Positions 17,856 to 28,010 of a stretch of DNA of 64,000 nt are shown in pieces. The number at the start of each line of letters is the position of its first letter. Position 1 is the first letter of the stretch. Source of the DNA: Candidatus Moraniibacteriota bacterium (GTDB lineage Bacteria; Patescibacteriota; Minisyncoccia; Moranbacterales; DUUL01); assembly GCA_041583775.1 (NCBI GenBank), contig JBFHFF010000006.1, positions 461-64,460 on the forward strand, in the 5' to 3' direction. A program made the translations under genes and the position numbers. The notes under the pieces were generated by a model that had not been told where the DNA came from, did no database searches, and was given only the letters and a program-made list of their open reading frames with translations.

Positions 17856-18332
17856 ATGGAATATTGGCTGATACTTGGAGTTATTTTAGCTTTATTGGGG
17901 GTAATAGGAAGTCTTGTGCCCGCTTTACCAGGGCCTACACTTAGTTTTATTTCTTTGTTGATTTTATATTTCGTTAAAGGTTCTGAGGTGTTTCCAACTT
18001 CCCTGTTGATTATTTTTGGGATGACGATGTTTATTTTGGTTTTATTAGACTATCTGGCGCCTATCTTTGGTGCTAAAATGTTTGGTGCGACTAGAAAAGG
18101 AGTTGTTGGTGCTTGTATTGGTGGGTTGCTGGGGATTTTTTTATTCCCCCCATTTGGTGTTTTTGTGGGGTCTTTCTTGGGAGCTGTAATGGCTGAACTT
18201 TTGGGTGGTAAGCAAATAGAAAAGGCTTTAAGGGCAGGAGTGGGAACTTTTTTAGGCTCGATTTTTGTTTTGATTTCACAAACAATTTTTTCCATAGTCG
18301 TCGTTATTTATTTTTTATTAAAGGTTAATTAG
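17856..18332 (+). CDS. DUF456-like membrane protein
   Basis: Multi-TM protein with PALPGP motif. Confidence 0.4.
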   Translation: MEYWLILGVILALLGVIGSLVPALPGPTLSFISLLILYFVKGSEVFPTSLLIIFGMTMFILVLLDYLAPIFGAKMFGATRKGVVGACIGGLLGIFLFPPFGVFVGSFLGAVMAELLGGKQIEKALRAGVGTFLGSIFVLISQTIFSIVVVIYFLLKVN

Positions 18333-18447
18333 TTTTTAAAATAATCACATAAATATTTTATGTGAATCGTTTTTATTATTTATTTGACTTTAGGAATGAA
18401 GCTGATATTATAGCAATATGCATTGATGTAATATTTAACAAAATATA

Positions 18448-18762
18448 ATGAGGATAGAAGAGTGTTGGTGTAATGAAAGTGAGTCAAAAGACTTGGTCTG
18501 TCTAGAGAATTTTTTGAAAATAATAGCTGAAAAAAATCGCTTGAGAATAATTTGTTTTCTAAATAAAAAGGGCGAAATGTGTGTGTGTAATATTTTCAAA
18601 AACTTAGGTTTGTCACAAAATTTAACTTCCCATCACTTAAAGAAACTAAGAGATGCCTTTTTGTTAAATGAGAGAAAGGAAGGTGTTTTTGTATTTTATT
18701 CGGTTAATCAAGAGGAGTTTAAGAAATATGAGTTGCTGTTTAAAAAAATAATTTCAAAATAA
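18448..18762 (+). CDS. ArsR/SmtB-family transcriptional regulator
   Basis: HTH segment CVCNIFKNLGLSQNLTSHHLKKLRDAFLL; paired with a downstream COG0701 permease as is typical. Confidence 0.6.
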   Translation: MRIEECWCNESESKDLVCLENFLKIIAEKNRLRIICFLNKKGEMCVCNIFKNLGLSQNLTSHHLKKLRDAFLLNERKEGVFVFYSVNQEEFKKYELLFKKIISK

Positions 18763-18768
18763 AAATAT

Positions 18769-19734
18769 ATGATAGAGGAATTTGCAAATTGGGTAGTTTT
18801 GAATTTTTTGAAAGTTGACGCAGGCACGCATTTAGCTGAAAGTATGGAATTCTTTTTTGTTGATGTAATAAAAATTCTTTTTTTATTATTTTTAATGACT
18901 CATTTGATGAGTCTATTTCGTTTTTATTTTCCAATTGGGAAGTTGCGTAATTTTCTTACAACCCGTAATTTTTTTGGAGCTGACTATTTTCTGGCAAGTA
19001 TTTTTGGTGCTTTAACACCTTTTTGCTCTTGTTCTTCAATTCCGCTTTTCATTGGTTTTTTAGGAGCGAGAATTAAAATTGGAGTGACCTTTGCTTTTTT
19101 GATTACATCTCCACTTATTAATGAAGTTGCAGTTGCAATCTTTATTGGTGTTTTTGGTTGGAAAATTACAATCATATATATTTTGGCAGGAATTATAATT
19201 GGAGTGCTCGGAGGGTTTATTTTAGAAAAAATGGGGGTGGAAAAATATCTAACAGATTACATTAAAGATATTCAGGAAAGTGGAATAAAAACAGGAACAG
19301 CAACTCAAAAAAAGAAGCTTTCAATTGGTGTTTTACGGCACATCTCAAAAGAGGCTTTTTCAATTGTTAAAGGCATCGCAATTTATGTTATTGTTGGGGT
19401 TGCTGTAGGAGCAGTTATTCATGGATATGTGCCAGCTGGATTTTTTGAGCATTATATTACTAAAGAAAATATTTTTGCAGTTCCAATTTCTGTAATTTTG
19501 GCAGTTCCTATGTATTCAAATGCAAGCGGTGTAATTCCAATCATTGAATCGTTGGTGGACAAAGGAGTCCCACTGGGAACGGCACTTGCTTTTATGATGG
19601 CTGTAGTTGGGGTTTCTTTGCCAGAAGCTTTGATTTTAAAAAAAGTAATGAAATTGCCATTGCTTGGAGCTTTCTTTGGAGTGGTAACTATCGGAATAAT
19701 TATAATTGGCTATTTGTTTAATTTTATTTCTTAG
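18769..19734 (+). CDS. COG0701/DUF318 predicted permease
   Basis: TPFCSCSSIP motif; about 8 TM helices; bidirectional terminator at 19784-19812. Confidence 0.6.
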   Translation: MIEEFANWVVLNFLKVDAGTHLAESMEFFFVDVIKILFLLFLMTHLMSLFRFYFPIGKLRNFLTTRNFFGADYFLASIFGALTPFCSCSSIPLFIGFLGARIKIGVTFAFLITSPLINEVAVAIFIGVFGWKITIIYILAGIIIGVLGGFILEKMGVEKYLTDYIKDIQESGIKTGTATQKKKLSIGVLRHISKEAFSIVKGIAIYVIVGVAVGAVIHGYVPAGFFEHYITKENIFAVPISVILAVPMYSNASGVIPIIESLVDKGVPLGTALAFMMAVVGVSLPEALILKKVMKLPLLGAFFGVVTIGIIIIGYLFNFIS

Positions 19735-19830
19735 GGCTACATATTAACATTGTGTATAAATATTTTATATTTTTCTAAATCAAAAACCGCCAGAATTTTC
19801 TGGCGGTTTTTGATTTGAAGTACTTTCTTC

Positions 19831-20415
19831 TTATGGCATATCCAGTAGAGCAGGTGATTCCTCGGCTTCAGCGTTTTCATCTGCTGATATTATCCATTCA
19901 TTTTCATCTAATGAAAGTGTGTTTTTTAAATTACCATCAACCAGATAGACATTTGTGACACCTTTTTTTCTGGCATAAAAAGAGTCAAATGATGGTCCAT
20001 TTTTTCCTAGAAAGAAGATAGAATCATCACCGTTTGAAGTTATAGTGAGAACAGTTGAACTTTCTTGATCGACCTTAAATTTTGCTTGGTTATTTTTGTT
20101 GTTCGATGATTGTTTTTGTACGGTTGCTGTTTTCAGGTTGGCAAAAAGGGTGTCCATTTTTTCTTTTGAAGCCTCTTTATCATTAACCATCCAAATGTCA
20201 TCTTTTAAGGTTAAGGTAAGATTTTCTCCTTCTTGTGAGATAGAAATTTTTTCTGTATTTTCTCTTGTAAATTGGGAGAAATTTACACTAACATTTTCAA
20301 ATTTGTCAGAAATTTCTTTTTTTGAAGTAGTTTTTTCTTTTACCCAAGGAAGGGCGGTAATAACTATAAGAGCGGTGAAGATTATTGCTAATATTTTTAT
20401 ATTCTTTGGTTTCAT
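19831..20415 (-). CDS. Secreted hypothetical protein, last gene of the ABC transporter operon
   Basis: Signal/TM N-terminus; sits where a DUF4340-like partner follows GldG-type transporters, but is shorter. Confidence 0.4.
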   Translation of the reverse strand: MKPKNIKILAIIFTALIVITALPWVKEKTTSKKEISDKFENVSVNFSQFTRENTEKISISQEGENLTLTLKDDIWMVNDKEASKEKMDTLFANLKTATVQKQSSNNKNNQAKFKVDQESSTVLTITSNGDDSIFFLGKNGPSFDSFYARKKGVTNVYLVDGNLKNTLSLDENEWIISADENAEAEESPALLDMP

Positions 20416-20433
20416 TGATTTGTCTTTTATGAG

Positions 20434-22725
20434 TTAGCTTTCATAGGAACGGTGTTTCATATTTTTCCTGCGCGTCATTCTAAAAAATCCAAATCCAGCT
20501 GGGAGAATGAGCGCAATTGCAAGATTTGAGAATTTGATAGTATTCGCTTGCTTTTCATCTTTTAATAACAATGTTCGATCTGTTTGGTTTCGAAATTGAA
20601 TTTCAGAAAGTGATTTCTCTTGTGCAAGCCAAGAGATGGACTCCATTCCAAGAGCTAAATTTCCAAAAGGTCCTTCGACGAATCCGTCAGAAATGAAATC
20701 GGAATCACCGATAATTACAAACCTGGAAGCATTTTCTTTTGATGCTGAAGCTGCTAATAATTTAACTCCTAATCCAGTTGAGGGGAATTCTTGATCAAGA
20801 CTAATGTTAAATTGTCCACTTTGAGTGCCACCAGCTTGGGTTGTGGTGATTAACTTTTTAACCTCCAGAGCGTTTTTGTTTGCAATGTCATCATCTATCG
20901 AAATAGAGCTTGCCCATGGCATAAGTACATTCTGAACATCTTTTGTGATCAATGAGTTTTCTTCAGTTGGATTTGTGCGAGCCCAAAAAGGATACCTCAT
21001 TCTCACTGGAAAGGCCCCGCCTCCTGCTTGGACGACTTCATTTGAACGCAAATCATAAACAAGATTTTTTTCGATTTCTACAGATGTTTCTTCTTTTATG
21101 AAATCAATTAAGGTGCTTTCCAGTTCCGTTGCCGACAGAGTTTGTGTTGAAATTTCCACGCTGTCTACTAGGAAGAATACGCTACCACCGGCATTAATAA
21201 ATCTTTTAATCTCTTCTTTTTCAATTGGAGAAATATCTTGTTTTGGTCCAGCAATTACCAATACATCAACATCTTTAGGGATGTTTATTGTTTGAGGAGT
21301 TTGCATTTCATTCACACCCTCACCAGGGATTTTTTTCGTAGAAGGAGACACAAGTGAATCGTCTTTTACTTCTTGATCTGGTGCGACAGTTGTTATATTA
21401 AATTGTTTGGAAAGTTCTCTTTTGAGAAGTGTTAATTCCTGGGTAAGACTTTTTTCTCCATGACCAGACAGAAATGCAACTGTTTTTTTGTCTTCGCTGG
21501 TCAGTTTTACAATGAAGCTAGTTAATTGATATTCTAAATCGCTAGTGTTTCCGATAAATGGCAAAGATTCGTGCTCACCACCATATGAGACTGCTAGTCC
21601 TAAATATCCATATTGTAATTGTCGTTCCTCGGCTCTTATTATGTCAAAAGGAATTTTTTCAACACCCAAGGAGGCGGCCTCTTTTGCTACTTTATCGTCA
21701 CCAAGTGGATATTTAATTTCTAACGCAACCTGTCCTTTTCCGAGTGTTTTGTAATCTTTTAATGTGTCTTTTATTTCTCTTAAAGTTGGTTGAAGTGTAG
21801 AAGGAAGTTTATTGGATGTGAAAAAGGTAATTGTAACAGTATCATCCAGGTTGTTTAGTAGTTCCTTCGTAGTTTCACTTAGGGTATATATTTTTTCTTC
21901 TGTTAGATCAATTCTTCCCGGAATTCTTGAACCAATAATATTCGTCATCAAAATAATTCCTACAAGCAAAAATGTTCCCATTTGAAAATTGCGGTATACT
22001 TTCTTTTGATTTCCAAATTTAGCTTTCAAAAGCAATAAATGAGCAATAACTAGAAATGTTGCTGCAATTGAAATAAAATACCAAACATCTCTTAAGTCTA
22101 AAACTCCACGAGACATTGATTCAAAATGTGTTAAGGCTGAAAATTGTTCGAAAAATGGAATCAATACTGAGCTAATCCTTGAAGTTACAAGTTCAAGACC
22201 AGAAATAATTAGGAAGAAACTTGAAACAGCTGTAACTAAAAGTGCAGAAACCTGACTCTTAAAAAAACTAGAAACTAGAATTCCCAATGCCGAAAGAGTT
22301 GATGCAAGAAAAACACTAGCAAGATATTGTCCCCAAAAAACTCCCCAATCTAAATTTCCTATTGAATTTAACCACATTGCAATTGGAAGTGAGAAGAGTA
22401 AAGCGAGCATTAGAAAAATTGTACTCGCAAGAAATTTTCCGATAATAAATTCACTTTCTTTTAAGGGTCGTGATAAAAGAAGTTCAATTGTGCCCTCGGC
22501 TTTTTCTTGTGCAACAGTTCCCATTGTTAGAGCTGGAATAATCAACAAAAAAACCCAAGGAAGAAGCATAAATAAACTACTTAAAGACGCGAGTCCTTCT
22601 TGGAAAACATTTTTAAAGAAGAGAAATTCCCAAAGTAATAAAAATGAGACTAGAGCAATGTAGGCGGTAGGATTGTTGAAATAACTACCCAGCTCTTTTT
22701 TGATTATAGTAATTATATTTTTCAT
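20434..22725 (-). CDS. ABC-2 family permease fused to a GldG-like ABC-transport auxiliary domain
   Basis: N-terminal 6-TM ABC-2 permease region, large periplasmic GldG-like domain, C-terminal TM. Confidence 0.6.
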   Translation of the reverse strand: MKNIITIIKKELGSYFNNPTAYIALVSFLLLWEFLFFKNVFQEGLASLSSLFMLLPWVFLLIIPALTMGTVAQEKAEGTIELLLSRPLKESEFIIGKFLASTIFLMLALLFSLPIAMWLNSIGNLDWGVFWGQYLASVFLASTLSALGILVSSFFKSQVSALLVTAVSSFFLIISGLELVTSRISSVLIPFFEQFSALTHFESMSRGVLDLRDVWYFISIAATFLVIAHLLLLKAKFGNQKKVYRNFQMGTFLLVGIILMTNIIGSRIPGRIDLTEEKIYTLSETTKELLNNLDDTVTITFFTSNKLPSTLQPTLREIKDTLKDYKTLGKGQVALEIKYPLGDDKVAKEAASLGVEKIPFDIIRAEERQLQYGYLGLAVSYGGEHESLPFIGNTSDLEYQLTSFIVKLTSEDKKTVAFLSGHGEKSLTQELTLLKRELSKQFNITTVAPDQEVKDDSLVSPSTKKIPGEGVNEMQTPQTINIPKDVDVLVIAGPKQDISPIEKEEIKRFINAGGSVFFLVDSVEISTQTLSATELESTLIDFIKEETSVEIEKNLVYDLRSNEVVQAGGGAFPVRMRYPFWARTNPTEENSLITKDVQNVLMPWASSISIDDDIANKNALEVKKLITTTQAGGTQSGQFNISLDQEFPSTGLGVKLLAASASKENASRFVIIGDSDFISDGFVEGPFGNLALGMESISWLAQEKSLSEIQFRNQTDRTLLLKDEKQANTIKFSNLAIALILPAGFGFFRMTRRKNMKHRSYES

Positions 22726-22755
22726 ATCTTTCTATTTTTTCCTTTAATGATTTAG

Positions 22756-23682
22756 TTATTTCGTTTTTGTTAGATCTTGGAAAATATCCTCAAGATTTTG
22801 CTCTTTTTCAACTAATTTCCAAATTACCCAGTTATTTTTTTGTGACACCCTCGATATCTCTGGTTGAATCCTAGTTTCTTTTTCGGTTACAATCGAAAGT
22901 TTGGTTATTTTTTCTTTGATGATGATATTTTTAAATTCTTTAATCGCTGAAATATTTTTAAGCTCTTTTTCGATGTTTTTGCCTTCAATTTCAAGTGTTA
23001 ATAATCTTTCATTTTTTGCGGCAAGTGATAGTTCTTCAGTAGTTCCATTTGCAACAAGTTTTCCTTTGTTGATAATAAGCATCCTATCGCAAACGGCAGA
23101 GGCCTCTTGCATAATATGAGTACTGATGATGATTGTGTGATCTTTTGCTAACTTTTTAATAAGTGCCCGTATCTCCTTTCTTTGATTTGGATCCAAGCCT
23201 TCAGTTGGTTCGTCCATAATGATGATTTCGGGATTGTGAATCAATGCAGCTGCAATTCCAACTCTCTGCCGAAATCCTTTTGAGAGTTCATTTATCGGTC
23301 GATAAAAAACATCTTTAATATCAACTGCTTCAACAACAAAATCTAAAGATTTCTTTTTTTCCTCTTTTTTTATTCCATTTAAATCTGCAGTAAGGTTTAA
23401 AAATTCTGAAACTTGCATATCTTTATATAAAGGATTGCTTTCTGGTAGATAACCAATTTTTCTTTGAACACTCATTGTGTCTTCTTCGATGTTTTTTCCA
23501 TCAATAATAATTTTCCCCGAGTCAGCAGAAGTAAATCCTGTTAGCATTCTCATAGTGGTAGTTTTCCCAGCACCATTTGGACCTAGAAAACCAACGATTT
23601 CACCTTTTTTAATTTCAAAAGAAAGGTCTTTAACTGCTTTTACGAAGCCGAAAGATTTGGAGATTTTCTCAACTTTTATCAT
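22756..23682 (-). CDS. ABC transporter ATP-binding protein
   Basis: Walker A GPNGAGKTT, signature LSKGFRQR, Walker B IIIMDEPT. Confidence 0.85.
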   Translation of the reverse strand: MIKVEKISKSFGFVKAVKDLSFEIKKGEIVGFLGPNGAGKTTTMRMLTGFTSADSGKIIIDGKNIEEDTMSVQRKIGYLPESNPLYKDMQVSEFLNLTADLNGIKKEEKKKSLDFVVEAVDIKDVFYRPINELSKGFRQRVGIAAALIHNPEIIIMDEPTEGLDPNQRKEIRALIKKLAKDHTIIISTHIMQEASAVCDRMLIINKGKLVANGTTEELSLAAKNERLLTLEIEGKNIEKELKNISAIKEFKNIIIKEKITKLSIVTEKETRIQPEISRVSQKNNWVIWKLVEKEQNLEDIFQDLTKTK

Positions 23683-23860
23683 TGTCGATTTGTTATTTTT
23701 TATAATATTTGTAGTGTTTATTCTTTCAGTTTTTCAGTATACTGCGAAACATAAATATTGGCAAACGCCTTAATTGTTGATAAAAAAGTAATATATTTTT
23801 TATTTATTTTTAAAAAATGTTATACTTTTAGAAATTATAATAATAACTTATAAATAAAAA

Positions 23861-24862
23861 ATGAAAGAGCAATTGGAAAAATTTAAAAAAGAAAAACTTT
23901 TTAAGTTGTTGAAATTTTTAGGGGCACTGTTTGTTTTAGTTGTACTTTTCAACATCTATAGCTCATTTTTTTTAAAAAAGAGCCATTCTAGTTTAGTTGG
24001 AAATGGAACAAGTAAAGAATCTATAACGGGAATTTCTGGTGGAGATGGATTTTTTGGAGCGGTTAATTCTCCTAATATAAAAAGAGGAACAGTAGAAAAC
24101 AATGCATTGGATAGTGTGGCGTCAACGGAGCTAAGGGAGCTTGCTGTTGGTGATGATATGCAAGTTTCTCAAGTAGATAAAAAAATAATAAAAAACGGAT
24201 TTTTAACCTTAAAAGTTGAAAGCACAGATGGTGCCACAGAAGAAATAACTAAGATAATCACTGAAAATGATGGAGAGATTTTCTCAAGTAATTTTAATGA
24301 ATATGTTAGAGGTTCAAGAAGTGGTACTATTACAGTGAAAGTGCCTGCTCCAAATTTTCAAAAAACAATTACTGAGTTAAAGACTGTTGCAACGCAAGTG
24401 GTTAACGAGTCAACTTCAGGGCAAGATGTAACTGAGCAATATGTTGATTTGCAAGCACAGTTGAAGAACAAAAAGGCTGAGGAACAAACTTTTGTTAGCC
24501 TTTTAGATCGATCGGGGGAATTAAATGATGTACTTAGTGTTTCAAGAGAAATTGCTCGAGTAAGAGGTGAAATAGAGAGGTTGGAGGGCAAGGTTAAGTA
24601 TCTTGAATCTCAAACGGATATGTCCACGATTACCGTTAATCTTAGTGAGGATATTGAGGTGACACCAATTAGCGATGATTGGCGACCAACACAAGTTGTA
24701 AAAAAAGCATTAAATGATTTGAAAGTGGCCTCACAAGACTTTGTGAATGCGATGATTCATTTCTTTATTGTAACGATTCCTTCATTAATTCCTTTTGCAA
24801 TCTTCCTTTTTATTGCTTATTGGATTGGTAAGAAAATCTATTTAAAAGTTTCTAAGAAATAG
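23861..24862 (+). CDS. Membrane protein with coiled coil and C-terminal TM (DUF4349-like architecture)
   Basis: N-terminal TM, central coiled coil, C-terminal TM; terminator at 24889-24921. Confidence 0.35.
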   Translation: MKEQLEKFKKEKLFKLLKFLGALFVLVVLFNIYSSFFLKKSHSSLVGNGTSKESITGISGGDGFFGAVNSPNIKRGTVENNALDSVASTELRELAVGDDMQVSQVDKKIIKNGFLTLKVESTDGATEEITKIITENDGEIFSSNFNEYVRGSRSGTITVKVPAPNFQKTITELKTVATQVVNESTSGQDVTEQYVDLQAQLKNKKAEEQTFVSLLDRSGELNDVLSVSREIARVRGEIERLEGKVKYLESQTDMSTITVNLSEDIEVTPISDDWRPTQVVKKALNDLKVASQDFVNAMIHFFIVTIPSLIPFAIFLFIAYWIGKKIYLKVSKK

Positions 24863-25083
24863 ACTGGGAAAAAAGTGTGTAAAAATAAAAAACACTTTCG
24901 ATTTTTTTGGAAGTGTTTTTTATTGAAATTTGTTTGATTTGGTGGCATTAATTTGTTTTATTTGTGTGTTTTTTAATCTGGGTCATTTTGTGATATAATA
25001 GAAACATTAAAAAATATTTATTGGAGGCGATTCCAAGTAAGCCCTTCATTGTTTTCTAGGGCTTGTAAAAAATAAATAAAAAA

Positions 25084-25650
25084 ATGGAAATATTTGGTAC
25101 AATGAATGATGCGATTGATTATGCAAAACAATCTTTGGTTTTTTTAATTCCATTTGCAACTGCCTGTATTTTATTCTTTACTCTTTTGGAGTCAAAAGAA
25201 CAGAAGCAGCTAATTAGAAAACAACAGACATATTCTGAGCTTCCGCTTTTGCGTTTACAGTGGTCAGATAAAGATGTGAAGGAAACATTTTTAATATTAA
25301 AAAAATATAAAAAAGAGAAATTTGAGTCCTATACTGATTTGAAATTGATTAATGTCGGAAATGGAATGGCGCGAGATGTTAAGATTAGTCCTTTTAAAAT
25401 CAACAAAAAGCAGTATAGGCTAATGAATGTGGATGTTTTGGCCAGTGGTCAATATGCCCAACTTCGTTATAGGGAGGGATTTAAAAATAAAGGTTTTTTG
25501 GATGACGAGAATTATAAACATAAATTTATAATTCCAGTAAGATATAAAGATGTTGAGGGTTCAAATTGGTTAGTGAAATTTGAGTTAGATGTTGATTATA
25601 ATGATGGTTTTAGGGTGATTGGGCCAACAAGGACCGATGTTACTGTTTAG
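25084..25650 (+). CDS. Hypothetical protein
   Basis: ORF only. Confidence 0.35.
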   Translation: MEIFGTMNDAIDYAKQSLVFLIPFATACILFFTLLESKEQKQLIRKQQTYSELPLLRLQWSDKDVKETFLILKKYKKEKFESYTDLKLINVGNGMARDVKISPFKINKKQYRLMNVDVLASGQYAQLRYREGFKNKGFLDDENYKHKFIIPVRYKDVEGSNWLVKFELDVDYNDGFRVIGPTRTDVTV

Positions 25651-25676
25651 TCTCTTATCAAATATAAAACAAAAAA

Positions 25677-26276
25677 ATGAAAAAATTGCAAAAGACAGTG
25701 AAAGAAAAAAATAAAAAGAAAAGTTTTCGTGGAGGAGAAGAATATAAAGCATTGTCCTTATTTATTTTGGGAACAGTTGGTTTTCTATTGTTGGTTTATA
25801 TTGGTTTCGGATTGGTAATGGTGGCAATAAAAGCTGATAGGTTGGTACATAATCAAAAAATTGCTAATAAAGTACCTTCTGAGATTGGAACTGTTAGGCG
25901 TGATATTCGAAATGATGATGCAACTGGTGTAAATAAAGAGCGAAGAAATGTGAATGTTATCGTTAAAGAAGTTTTTGGGAAAATTACCTCAATAAATGGA
26001 GATGTTGTGACAGTTGAAACAAAAGTATATGGGGATGAGGTTAAAAATATTCGTTTAAAACTTGCTAGTGAAAATGAGGGTGGGATTTTTAAATATGAAG
26101 AAACTGAAGATGGCAGTGAATCTGAAGTAGAAATGAAGATTGAAGAACTTGAAGAAGGAATGTATGTGGGGGTTAGGCTTCCTGTGGAGATTTTGTTGTC
26201 AGAAATTGAAAAAGACCTTGTCTATGTTGATAATATAGTTGTTGATGTTGAATATGAAGATGAATTGCAAGAGTAG
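25677..26276 (+). CDS. Hypothetical membrane-anchored protein
   Basis: Single N-terminal TM. Confidence 0.35.
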   Translation: MKKLQKTVKEKNKKKSFRGGEEYKALSLFILGTVGFLLLVYIGFGLVMVAIKADRLVHNQKIANKVPSEIGTVRRDIRNDDATGVNKERRNVNVIVKEVFGKITSINGDVVTVETKVYGDEVKNIRLKLASENEGGIFKYEETEDGSESEVEMKIEELEEGMYVGVRLPVEILLSEIEKDLVYVDNIVVDVEYEDELQE

Positions 26277-26305
26277 TATCTTTATATAAATTATAAAAAA
26301 GTTAT

Positions 26306-27772
26306 ATGAAAAATAAAGCAGAAAAAATATTATTTGCATTGATTTTAACAATAGTGCCTTTAGGGGTGTTTTCTCCTGCTCTTGCTGCCCCTGGTGATTG
26401 CGGGAATAATTTCTCTGCCAGTTTTTTGTATTCTGGAAAAAGGTTAAATACGAGTAGTCCTTTTACGACAATTGTTCCAACTGGATATGAGTTCAAAACC
26501 AACCTTTTAATTAATGCTGAAGGAGAGGATCAGCTTAAAGCAGGAGAAAATGTTGAAATTGTTTTGGTGATGGATAGGTCTGGATCGATGGACGATGAGG
26601 AAGATGGCCTGCTTAAAATCGATGCTGCGAAAAATGCTTTAAATGTTGTTGCTGATACTTTTATTACAAGCTCAAATACTGATAATCGTTTGGGACTGGT
26701 TACATATAACGAAAATGTAACACTTGATCAGACATTAACTTCAAATTACAATAAGGTAAAAGATTCAATCTATAGTTTCTCTGCTTCAGGACAAACTAAT
26801 ATTAGTGGTGCTTTGATGAGCGCTAGTAATCATTTGAAATCAGCTGCTGATTCTGATGCGCAAAAATTTATTATTATTGCTTCAGACGGAAATCAAAACA
26901 TCGGACTACCAATTAATTTTGGGATTATGAGTGTTGGTAGTGATACAACGGTTTTCTCCGTTGGTATAGGCAAGGATGCTGATAGTTCTACTTTGACAAA
27001 AATAGCAGAGGAATCTGGTAATAAGGAGGGTAAATATTATTCTTCAAATGTTGGTGATTTGACATCAGTTTTTGGTAAAATCATTGAAGATATTTTAATT
27101 CCTTTTAGACCTGAGAACATAGAGACAACTTTCTATCGTGATAATGCTGATAAGTTTAGTTTGGTTTCGGTTAGTCCAATTTATTCGACAGTTTCTGATG
27201 ATGAAATTTATTGGAATAATTTGGGGTCAATGTTAAATGGTGCTAACAGGGAATTTGATTTAATTTATAATCAAGATGGAGGAGTTGGTGTCGGAATGCC
27301 AATTAATACTGGGCAACTCTTGATGAAATATGACTTATTTGGGAATGTTTGTTCAGAGATTGTTCCAATTGAAGTAATCGTGATTGAAAATGAACCACAA
27401 TGTATAGGAAATATTCCAGCTAATGCAAATTTATGTATAGGTGATGAGTCAGGACTTCTTACGGAAACTTCTCGTAAGGCAGTAAATAGCTGTTCAGATA
27501 CTAATAAATGTGAATATGTTTGTGAGGCAGATTTTAAATTACAAGACGGGAAGTGTGTAATGGAGGGAGCTTGCGGAGCTGCAGAAGAAAAATCTTGGTG
27601 TCGTGATGAGCCGACCAGCGGATGGTGCAGTGAAGGGAGTTCATTAGTTGAGGGTCCAAGTCCAGTTGGAAATAAATGGGTTTGGTCTTGTGCAGGAATG
27701 TTTGGTGGACCAAGTGTGAATTGTCAAGCAACTCGTGTTTGTGGGGAAGGTTGGCGAGAGGTTAGTTTATAA
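26306..27772 (+). CDS. Secreted von Willebrand factor A domain protein with C-terminal Cys-rich region (possible pilus-associated adhesin)
   Basis: Signal peptide; MIDAS motif DRSGSMDD; C-terminal region with about 14 cysteines; directly upstream of the pilX-like/pilMNO genes. Confidence 0.65.
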   Translation: MKNKAEKILFALILTIVPLGVFSPALAAPGDCGNNFSASFLYSGKRLNTSSPFTTIVPTGYEFKTNLLINAEGEDQLKAGENVEIVLVMDRSGSMDDEEDGLLKIDAAKNALNVVADTFITSSNTDNRLGLVTYNENVTLDQTLTSNYNKVKDSIYSFSASGQTNISGALMSASNHLKSAADSDAQKFIIIASDGNQNIGLPINFGIMSVGSDTTVFSVGIGKDADSSTLTKIAEESGNKEGKYYSSNVGDLTSVFGKIIEDILIPFRPENIETTFYRDNADKFSLVSVSPIYSTVSDDEIYWNNLGSMLNGANREFDLIYNQDGGVGVGMPINTGQLLMKYDLFGNVCSEIVPIEVIVIENEPQCIGNIPANANLCIGDESGLLTETSRKAVNSCSDTNKCEYVCEADFKLQDGKCVMEGACGAAEEKSWCRDEPTSGWCSEGSSLVEGPSPVGNKWVWSCAGMFGGPSVNCQATRVCGEGWREVSL

Positions 27773-28010
27773 CAAAAAAGTTATTTTTTTATAAAAGTTT
27801 CCAATTTTATTTTGGGAACTTTTATTTATTTTTCTATTTATCTTGAAAAGGTTGTTTATATTTTATGATGATGAATATATTTTATAAATAATAATAAAAA
27901 TCTATATTCATTATTATTTTTTACTTGAGAGATTTTCTTTTTTCGTGTATAATTAAAAAAGAAAAGAAGATATTGGTATTTCGAAATAAAAAAACAAAAC
28001 CCAAAAGGGG

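Noticed and set aside
18443-18450. Leaderless start for the ArsR-family gene, where TATAAT overlaps ATG 18448
   Set aside because: The spacing between the -10 element and the transcription start would be too short. A downstream TTG at 18494 is an equally plausible start; left unresolved with the ORF-track coordinates kept.
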